A model generated the notes under the pieces. That model did no database searches. It was given only the letters and a program-made list of their open reading frames with translations, and had not been told where the DNA came from. DNA of 61,926 nt from NCBI GenBank assembly GCA_003556385.1, contig PWRA01000096.1:1-61926 (forward strand). The letters run 5' to 3'. This DNA is from Dehalococcoidia bacterium (GTDB taxonomy: Bacteria > Chloroflexota > Dehalococcoidia > GIF9 > AB-539-J10). This document shows, piece after piece, positions 55,289-61,926 of this stretch. Positions within the stretch are counted from its first letter, which is position 1. The number at the start of each line of letters is the position of its first letter. The translations under genes and the position numbers were made by a program.

Positions 55289-55984
55289 GGCAGCGGCAAC
55301 TGCCAGCGAGACAAAGACAATGCTCTGCGACGCCAGGCCAGACCCCAGCAAGCCGTAGTTGAGAGGAACGACGACTGCGGCTAGCAGGCCCACCAGGACA
55401 GCGTTAACCCACTGGACCCTGGTGATTATTAGCTGTAACGCTACCAGCAGAGTAACAAAGAAGAAAAATATCAGCGGAACAGCAACCAGGGCGGCCGTTA
55501 ATGATGCCGCACCGGGCATGACGGATTGCCCTGCTCTGGGAGCCAGGAACAGCTGTTTCGTGCCGGCTACGGCAGCATACGCAAGTATCAGGCCGAAAAC
55601 CACACAGGGCACAAATATTGCCAGGCTCTTCGCCAGGCAGACCTGCTTCAGGCTCAGCGGCGTACACAGCAAAGACTCGAGCTAGCGCTTTGTCTTCTCC
55701 ATCGTAAGGTTTTGGGCGGTGCCAAACAGGCAAAATACCAGCATCAAGCTCAGGGCAAGCATGACGAGAGTAGTACCCATTAGTGGTTCTATGGCAGAGA
55801 CTACCTCGGCCGGTGCTAGTCCCTGCTCTATCAGGGCGTCGATTTCTCCTCCGATCACACCGCCCAGCGCTCTGACACCCACGACCGCCATGATGACCAG
55901 AGCGAGCCCTGCGTGGAGGTAGAAGGCACCCGTGCGCAGAGCCTCCCTCAGATCCTTTTTCAAGATCACCGTTGTCTGTCTCAT
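55217..55984 (-). pseudogene. ABC-2 type transporter permease interrupted by a single in-frame TAG (55684-55682)
   Basis: ORFs 55682-56107 and 55217-55672 are in the same frame. They read ...TMEKTKR-TAG-LESLLCTPLSLKQ..., which spans the conserved EKE..TLE.L...P.S region of ABC-2 permeases. The ATG at 55984 overlaps the ATPase stop (ATGA). Confidence 0.6.
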
Positions 55985-56706
55985 CGGTCCCCGCCTTTCG
56001 TCAGCCTGACGTAGGTCTGCTCCAGAGATGTCTCGCCGCTTCGTACGTCGTCCATCTGCGCAGAGAGCTTTATCTCCCCCCGGTCTATCAGAGCAATGCG
56101 GCTGCAAATCCGCTGCACTTCATCGAGGTTGTGGGAACTGAGAAAGACGGTCTTGCCTCTCTCTGCCAGGTCCAGAACGGTCTGCCTGACCTCTAGCTGA
56201 CCTGTAGGGTCAAGGCCAGCCGTGGGTTCGTCCAGTATGAGGAGGTCGGGGTCATGAAGCATGGACCGTGCCAGCGCCAGCCTCTGCCTCATTCCCTTGG
56301 AGTAAGAGGCTACCTTGTCCCCTGCTCTGTCGCCTAGCCCGGCCATCTCCAGCATTTCGTCTATTCTCCTGCCTTTCGCCGTCGGAGACAGTCCGTAGAT
56401 CTGAGAATAGTAGTCCAGGTTCTCGTAGCCGGTCATATTTTCATATAGCCCATCAGCCTCCAGGACAAAGCCGACCCTTTGCCTGGCGTCGTCAGACCCG
56501 GCGTTCTTGCCTAGAATGAGCGCCCTGCCTGAGGTGGGCGGGAAGAGCCCCATGATAACCCTGATGGTGGTGGTCTTGCCGGCTCCGTTAGGCCCGAGGT
56601 AGCCGAATACGTCTCCCTGCTCGACGACGAAGCTGATATTCTTGAGGATGGGACGGCCGCCCAGCGTTTTGCTGACGTTGTCGAGCGCTACTGCGGCTTG
56701 AGCCAT
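55981..56706 (-). CDS. ABC transporter ATP-binding protein
   Basis: Walker [10 protein letters not shown], signature YSKGMRQRLALA, Walker B LLILDEPT, H-loop SSHNL. Confidence 0.92.
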   Translation of the reverse strand: MAQAAVALDNVSKTLGGRPILKNISFVVEQGDVFGYLGPNGAGKTTTIRVIMGLFPPTSGRALILGKNAGSDDARQRVGFVLEADGLYENMTGYENLDYYSQIYGLSPTAKGRRIDEMLEMAGLGDRAGDKVASYSKGMRQRLALARSMLHDPDLLILDEPTAGLDPTGQLEVRQTVLDLAERGKTVFLSSHNLDEVQRICSRIALIDRGEIKLSAQMDDVRSGETSLEQTYVRLTKGGDR

Positions 56707-56809
56707 GTGAGTCCCCGCGTGCCTGCGGTGTCAGAGTGCACTCGCATGGTAACATAGCCACATATAGGCGTCCAGTATCTACCGATCGGCGCTCGTCTGC
56801 TGTGGTTTC

Positions 56810-58336
56810 CTACATCACCCTCTTCAGCCTCGGGTTGGGGGTGAGGCCGGGCATTCTGCCCCTCTTGGCGATGGGCCGGTCCTCCACTTCGTGAAGGTCG
56901 GCGGTGAAGTCGATGGGCCTGGCATCGCTAATGTAGCTGCCCACGGCGAACACATCCACCGGTGCCCCTTCCTCCAGGAAATGCCGGATTCGATCGGGGT
57001 CGAGCCCGCCGCTGGCCACTATTTTCACTTCTGTGAACCCTTCGAGGTCCAGCCAGGCCCTCACCTCTTTGACCAGGCCGGGAGTGACACGGCCTCTTTC
57101 CGACGGTGTGTCCAGTCTTACCCCGTATAGCTTTCCCTGCATCGCTTTGGCCACGGCGACGCTCTCTCTAACCTCGTCCTCAAATGTGTCAACCAGTGCA
57201 ATGCGCGGCACTTCGGGCGGCATGTGCCTGTCAAAAGCAATAGTCGCTTTGGCGGTGCTGTCCATGATGATGATCAGTGCATGGGGGATTGTTCCTGTAG
57301 GTTCGATGCCGGCGAGCTTTGCCCCCGCGATGCTGGCGCATCCCGTACAGCCTCCCACTATGGCGGCGTACTCCATGATGCCCACCACCGAAGGATGGAC
57401 GTGCCGGGCCCCGAAGCTAATGACCGGAATGCCGCGCGCAGCCTCAATGCATTCCCGTGCGGCGGTGGCCCATCCGCTGCAATGGGCAAGCATGCCCAGA
57501 TAGGTTGTTTCATAGGCCCCATAGCTCCGGTATGGAGCTCTTATACGCAGCACCACCTCCTTCCGGCTGATGGGCGTGCCTTCCTCCAGTGTCCAGACTT
57601 CACAGTCCTCGCCGGGGAGCACCCGGGCCAGCAGGGATTTGACCTCCTCGATACCGCAGAAAATGCCGTCCCTGCGGGGGAATACCTCCATGGTTGCCAC
57701 GGGGTTAATCCCCTCTTTCCTCAGTATCTCCACCGTGCGTGGAAAATAGATGTCGGCGGTTTCTCCGCTCAACCATGAGTCGGGGATTTCGAATCGAGGC
57801 TGAGGCGTCCGGCCCGGCGGCCTGACCAGCCTCGCTCCAAGCACATTCTCCATATAGTCCAGGGCCCAGAAGTGAGCCTTTCTGTCGAACGACGCTACGC
57901 AATCAACAGGGACCTCTACGTCGTAGCCTCTGTTCCTGGCATCAATTACCGCCTGCAGAATGCAGATGTGCGTCGTTACGCCGCAGATGACCAGGGTCTC
58001 GGGTCTGATCGCCTCCAACCTCTGGTCCAGAGACGTAGCGTAGAAGCTGCTAAAAGTCTGTTTCGGTATTATCTGACCCGGGTATTGCGAAAGCTCGGGT
58101 ATAAGCTTGGCCTCCTCCGTGCCTTCAACGCAATGGGGTGGGAACATCTTGAATTCCGGATCGTCGGCTGAATGGCGATCGCATACATACAGTATCTCTG
58201 AACCCTGCGCCAGCTCCTGCTCCAGCAGTTTCTGGACATTGGGTATGATATTCCGGGCCTCCGGTCCGCAATAGAGCGAATAGCCTTCCTCGAGAAAGCC
58301 GCGCAGCATATCTATGACGATCACCGCTCTTGCCAT
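56810..58336 (-). CDS. Fusion protein: nicotinamidase/isochorismatase-family domain (PncA-like) plus nicotinate phosphoribosyltransferase-like domain (PncB, type II PRTase)
   Basis: N-terminal about 185 aa: VIVIDMLRGF, FPPHCVEGTEEAKLIPEL, ICGVTTHICI (Cys nucleophile context). The C-terminal about 320 aa is NAPRTase-like (ADIYFPRTVEIL...GARHVHP...GVRLDTPS...ASGGLD). Confidence 0.75.
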   Translation of the reverse strand: MARAVIVIDMLRGFLEEGYSLYCGPEARNIIPNVQKLLEQELAQGSEILYVCDRHSADDPEFKMFPPHCVEGTEEAKLIPELSQYPGQIIPKQTFSSFYATSLDQRLEAIRPETLVICGVTTHICILQAVIDARNRGYDVEVPVDCVASFDRKAHFWALDYMENVLGARLVRPPGRTPQPRFEIPDSWLSGETADIYFPRTVEILRKEGINPVATMEVFPRRDGIFCGIEEVKSLLARVLPGEDCEVWTLEEGTPISRKEVVLRIRAPYRSYGAYETTYLGMLAHCSGWATAARECIEAARGIPVISFGARHVHPSVVGIMEYAAIVGGCTGCASIAGAKLAGIEPTGTIPHALIIIMDSTAKATIAFDRHMPPEVPRIALVDTFEDEVRESVAVAKAMQGKLYGVRLDTPSERGRVTPGLVKEVRAWLDLEGFTEVKIVASGGLDPDRIRHFLEEGAPVDVFAVGSYISDARPIDFTADLHEVEDRPIAKRGRMPGLTPNPRLKRVM

Positions 58337-58340
58337 GGTA

Positions 58341-58664
58341 TCACCAGTGGTCGGGCTCGGGTCTGTAGCCCTCCTGTAGTAACGCGATATAGCGCTCCAG
58401 GACAGAACCCGCCTGCGCGCTTCCTGCCTTCAGCAGCTCCAGGACGCTCTCCAGCATCCGCAGTTCGTGCTCTATCTGCAGCGCCAGATTGCAGTCATTG
58501 CCGCAACAGGAGCCCCATTCCGCTCTTGCCAGATGAGATTCCTTCATCTCCACCATATCTTCCACTTCTGCAATGCACTCCGCCCGCCTTTCCGGATCGG
58601 CGATCTTGTCGCGCAGTGACATAACACTCTGAACGGCCTCCTTGCTGATCATGAGCATTTGCAC
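58341..58664 (-). CDS. Hypothetical 107-aa helical protein with a CCGNDC motif
   Basis: ORF with a GGAG RBS, 4 nt upstream of the PncA-PncB fusion gene and downstream of purH. No recognised domain. Confidence 0.45.
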   Translation of the reverse strand: MQMLMISKEAVQSVMSLRDKIADPERRAECIAEVEDMVEMKESHLARAEWGSCCGNDCNLALQIEHELRMLESVLELLKAGSAQAGSVLERYIALLQEGYRPEPDHW

Positions 58665-58723
58665 TCCATCTGGCCAGTCGCTGCCGTAGATTTCCCGATC
58701 TGCCCCGCTCTGTGTCGGCGGGT

Positions 58724-60256
58724 TCAGTGCAGGAAGTGGCGAACGCCGGTGAACACCATGGCCACATTGTGCCTGTCTGCCAGTGCGATCACCTCGTCAT
58801 CCCTTACAGAGCCCCCGGGCTGGATAATGGCGGTCACTCCCTGCTTGATCGCCAGTTCCGGACCATCGGGAAAGGGGAAGAAGGCATCCGAGGCAAGGAC
58901 GCTGTCCCTGGCTTGATCCCCGGCCCTTTTCAGGGCCAGCTCGACGCTTACCACCCGGCTTGGCTGTCCGGCGCCCATACCCAACAGTGCCTGATCCCTG
59001 GCGATGACTATCGCGTTGGACTTTATGCCTTTGACTGCCCTCCAGGAAAACAGCAGGTCTGCCAGCTCGGTCTCTGTCGGTTGGCGCCTGGTCACTGTGC
59101 GGGGTTGGAGTTCCGACTCGGCCAACGAGTCCGGTGCCTGTGCCAAAAAGCCTCCTCTGATATGGCGAAAGGTGAGGCGCGATTCCGACCGCGTAGTCCC
59201 GGGATAGGGGGCGACCCTGACGAGACGCAGGCTCGCCTTGCGGCTCAACAACTCCAGGGCCTTCTCTTCATACTCCGGGGCCACCACTGCGTCGTAATGA
59301 GTCTTGTCTATCTCGGTGGCGGCAGCGAGCCCTATGCCCCTATTGCTGGCCACGATGCCACCGAAGGCAGCCACGGGGTCGCCGGCCAACGCCCGTCGAT
59401 ACGCCTCTGCCGGGTCATCATGAGAGGCAAGCCCGCACGAGTTGTTGTGCTTGATTATGGCGATGGTGGGAGCCGTAAAGTCGCTGAGCAGGTTCAGGGC
59501 AGCGTCCAGGTCCAGGAGGTTGTTGAAGGAGATCTCAGGCCCGCCGAGCTGCTCCAGTGACCCCAGGCCGTCGTGCCTCTGTCTAACGCTTTGCTCCGTG
59601 TAGAATGCCGCTTCCTGATGGGGATTCTCGCCGTAGCGCAGGCTGCGCTGCTTTCTTAACGCGACCGTCATCTCCTCGGGGAAAGCATCTTCATTCAGAT
59701 ACTGGGCGATGGCCGTGTCGTAGACGGCCACGTGCTGGAACGCCTTCTGTGCTAGCTTCTTTCTGGATTGCAGATCTATACCGCCCTGTCGGAGCCCTTG
59801 CAGGACTGCATCGTAGTCGCGGGGATCAACTACCACCAGCACCGAAGGGTAGTTCTTGGCTGCCGAGCGGATCATGGTCGGCCCGCCGATATCTATGTTC
59901 TCCAGCGCCTGATCCAGGGCAACGTCAGGCTTACGCACGGTTTCCACGAAGGGATAGAGATTGACAACTACCATGTCAAGGGGCTCGATTCGATTCTGGC
60001 TGAGCTCCGATAAGTGCTGGGGCAGATCACGTCGCGCCAGGATCCCACCGTGTACTGCTGGATGTAGTGTCTTCACCCGCCCGTCGAGAATCTCTGGAAA
60101 GCCGGTTAAGTCCGATATGCTGTGTACCTTAACCCCGGCGGCCTCCAGTGACCTCTTGGTCCCTCCGGTACTGAAGATCTCAACACCCTGTTCTTGCAGA
60201 CCTCGGGCGAAATCGACCACGCCCGCCTTATCCGAAACGCTGATTACGGCACGCAC
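58724..60256 (-). CDS. purH: Bifunctional AICAR transformylase / IMP cyclohydrolase
   Basis: N-terminal MGS-like domain [16 protein letters not shown]...STGGT and a C-terminal AICARFT domain. 510 aa. Confidence 0.93.
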   Translation of the reverse strand: MRAVISVSDKAGVVDFARGLQEQGVEIFSTGGTKRSLEAAGVKVHSISDLTGFPEILDGRVKTLHPAVHGGILARRDLPQHLSELSQNRIEPLDMVVVNLYPFVETVRKPDVALDQALENIDIGGPTMIRSAAKNYPSVLVVVDPRDYDAVLQGLRQGGIDLQSRKKLAQKAFQHVAVYDTAIAQYLNEDAFPEEMTVALRKQRSLRYGENPHQEAAFYTEQSVRQRHDGLGSLEQLGGPEISFNNLLDLDAALNLLSDFTAPTIAIIKHNNSCGLASHDDPAEAYRRALAGDPVAAFGGIVASNRGIGLAAATEIDKTHYDAVVAPEYEEKALELLSRKASLRLVRVAPYPGTTRSESRLTFRHIRGGFLAQAPDSLAESELQPRTVTRRQPTETELADLLFSWRAVKGIKSNAIVIARDQALLGMGAGQPSRVVSVELALKRAGDQARDSVLASDAFFPFPDGPELAIKQGVTAIIQPGGSVRDDEVIALADRHNVAMVFTGVRHFLH

Positions 60257-60266
60257 AGGACCTCCT

Positions 60267-61310
60267 TCAATCTATTATTACTCTTTCGCCGCCTTCTGCT
60301 CTCGTAACCTCACCGATGACTATGGCCTCGGGCAGGATACTGGTGAGCTCCGTTATGTGCTGTCGGGCACAGATAATGGTCATGCCTATGCCCATGTTGA
60401 ACACCCGGTACATTTCGCCCTCTTCTATACCGCCTTTCTCCTGGATGAGCCTGAAGATGGATGGCACGTCCCACGAGTCTCTATGGAGGCGGGCGGCGAA
60501 TTGCTCGGAGAGAACACGGGATATGTTGCCCGGAAAGCCGCCACCGGTGATGTGAGCCAGACCTTTCGTGAGCGGCAGGGCCGGCTTGAGTTCGGGATAG
60601 TAGCAACGGTGAGCCCGGAGAAGCTCTTCTCCGAGGCTTGTCCCTAGCTCCGGGTGGAACTCACCTAAGCACGACGGGCTGCTATCTATGTCGAAGACCT
60701 TGCGCACAAGAGAGTAGCCGTTAGTGTGCAAGCCGGAGGAGGGCAGTCCCAGGATTCCGTCACCGGTTGTGATGTCACTGCCGTTGACGATACTGCTCTC
60801 TTCTACTACCCCGACGATGAAACCTACCAGGTCGTACTCGTCTTCGGAGTACATGCCGGGCATTTCGGCCGTCTCACCGCCGATCAGGGAGCAGCCGACA
60901 TCTTGACATGCCCGGACCAGGCCCGAAACAATGGCTTCTACCTGCGGGGGTCTGAGTTTGCCCGCTCCGATATAGTCGAGGAAGAAAAGAGGCTCGGCGC
61001 CGCAACAGAGGATGTCGTTCACGCAGTGGTTCACTATGTCGATCCCGACGGTATCGTGCCTGTCGAGGAGCGATGCTATCTTGAGTTTGGTACCCACTCC
61101 GTCAACGCTGGAGACAAGGACCGGCTCGTCATAGCCTTTCAGCCGGAACATACTGCCGAAAAAGCCCGCCCCAATGACCTCGGGGCGGAATGTTGCTCTA
61201 ACCTGGCGGCCGACGGTCTTCTTCACTTCGTCGGCCAGGCCAATGTCTACTCCTGCAGCGAAATATGCCCGGTCGTTGGCGAAGCCGGGCCGTCTAGAAT
61301 CTGGCTTCAC
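60267..61310 (-). CDS. purM: Phosphoribosylformylglycinamidine cyclo-ligase (AIR synthetase)
   Basis: Motifs DGVGTKLKIA, GGETAEMPG, AHITGGG. Confidence 0.93.
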   Translation of the reverse strand: MKPDSRRPGFANDRAYFAAGVDIGLADEVKKTVGRQVRATFRPEVIGAGFFGSMFRLKGYDEPVLVSSVDGVGTKLKIASLLDRHDTVGIDIVNHCVNDILCCGAEPLFFLDYIGAGKLRPPQVEAIVSGLVRACQDVGCSLIGGETAEMPGMYSEDEYDLVGFIVGVVEESSIVNGSDITTGDGILGLPSSGLHTNGYSLVRKVFDIDSSPSCLGEFHPELGTSLGEELLRAHRCYYPELKPALPLTKGLAHITGGGFPGNISRVLSEQFAARLHRDSWDVPSIFRLIQEKGGIEEGEMYRVFNMGIGMTIICARQHITELTSILPEAIVIGEVTRAEGGERVIID

Positions 61311-61926
61311 TGAGGTCCTCCTGGCGAGTCGCTTCCAGTGTCAGTTTGTCCATCTCTATCTGCACCGGAATCGGATATGCTCCTGTGAAGCAGGCGAGAC
61401 AGAAAATGTCTCTGGGCAGGTCCACGGCCCGAATCAGGCCATCGAGGCTGAGATATCCCAGCGAATCAGCGCCGACGCACTCCCTGATCTCAGGGACTGT
61501 CCTCTTTGCCGCGATGAGTTGCCATCTCGGCGCCGTATCCACCCCGAAGAAGCAGGGGTAGCGAATGGGAGGGGCACAGATGCGGAGGTGGACCTCTGCT
61601 GCACCTGCCTTCCTGAGCATGCTCACTATCTTGGGAGTAGTCGTGCCGCGAACAATACTGTCATCGACGACCACGAGCTTCTTCCCAGCTATCACCCGGG
61701 AGAGCGGGTTGAACTTCAGCTGGACGCCCAAGTCCCGCATCCTCTGGTCGGGTTCAATGAAGGTGCGTCCCACATAGCGGTTCTTGAGCAGGCCCTCGCA
61801 GTATGCGGTTTCAGCAGCGTTAGAGTAGCTTATGCCGGCGGCCGTGGCTGAGTCGGGAATACCCATGACCAGGTCAGCATCAACGGGGTACTCTTGGGCC
61901 AGTGCTCTCCCCATGGCTTCCCTCGC
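61294..61926 (-). CDS. purF: Amidophosphoribosyltransferase, C-terminal part (gene runs off the window end)
   Basis: PRTase motif LVVVDDSIVRGTT and the C-terminal Fe-S cysteine context (CFFGVD...CLACFTG). The ORF is open to the window edge. It overlaps the purM start. Confidence 0.88.
   Translation of the reverse strand, partial: AREAMGRALAQEYPVDADLVMGIPDSATAAGISYSNAAETAYCEGLLKNRYVGRTFIEPDQRMRDLGVQLKFNPLSRVIAGKKLVVVDDSIVRGTTTPKIVSMLRKAGAAEVHLRICAPPIRYPCFFGVDTAPRWQLIAAKRTVPEIRECVGADSLGYLSLDGLIRAVDLPRDIFCLACFTGAYPIPVQIEMDKLTLEATRQEDLSEARF

Noticed and set aside
55682-55684. Pyrrolysine or codon-reassignment explanation for the in-frame TAG, prompted by the MttB homologue elsewhere in the window.
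   Set aside because: The MttB homologue itself has no internal TAG. TAG terminates many well-defined genes here. No pylT/pylS/pylBCD genes are visible.

Overview
This is a 61.9 kb, high-GC bacterial chromosomal window. It has GGAGG-type ribosome-binding sites and tightly packed, often overlapping operons. The gene content is weakly suggestive of Chloroflexota or a similar anaerobe-like lineage, and that placement is only a guess.

Most of the window is ordinary housekeeping and metabolism:
- Purine synthesis: purL, and a purF-purM-purH operon.
- Serine synthesis: a class V aminotransferase with serA.
- An aromatic/translation operon: aroH, DAHP synthase, ribF, tyrS.
- rpsU-yqeY, glgP and plsY.
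- Metal homeostasis: a DtxR-family repressor with a ZIP transporter, and a CopB-type CPH P-type ATPase.
- Two ABC-2 exporters, one of them MarR-linked.
- CoA-ester metabolism genes.
- NAD salvage: a Sir2 deacylase and a PncA-PncB fusion.

I found no tRNA or rRNA genes, CRISPR arrays, transposases or integrases.

The items most worth a second look are:
1. A two-copy family of short structured RNA candidates on the minus strand (about 8583-8689 and 20438-20580). Each has its own conserved TTGACA-18-TGnTAxxxT promoter, compensatory stem changes and a variable-length hairpin.
2. A low-GC segment with a 1413-aa double-activase/dehydratase fusion of the PlsAR/Ger type, flanked by an Sfp-type PPTase, a KASIII homologue and an unknown ORF.
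3. A tight DUF1538-DUF1538-PII-like operon.
4. A non-pyrrolysine MttB homologue in an operon with an amidohydrolase and a saccharopine-dehydrogenase-like enzyme, with no corrinoid partner in view.
5. A nuclease-rich neighbourhood: a DUF151/BFN nuclease, a eukaryote-like C2H2 zinc-finger mini-protein, and an ERCC4-domain protein with an unrecognised N-terminal half.
6. A 13-bp tandem array fused to the rpsU -35 box.
7. Two apparent coding lesions: a 1-nt frameshift in the rpsU tail and an in-frame TAG in an ABC-2 permease.

No complete, clearly novel multi-gene system can be proven from the sequence alone. All family assignments rest on motif recognition in the supplied translations, not on database searches.
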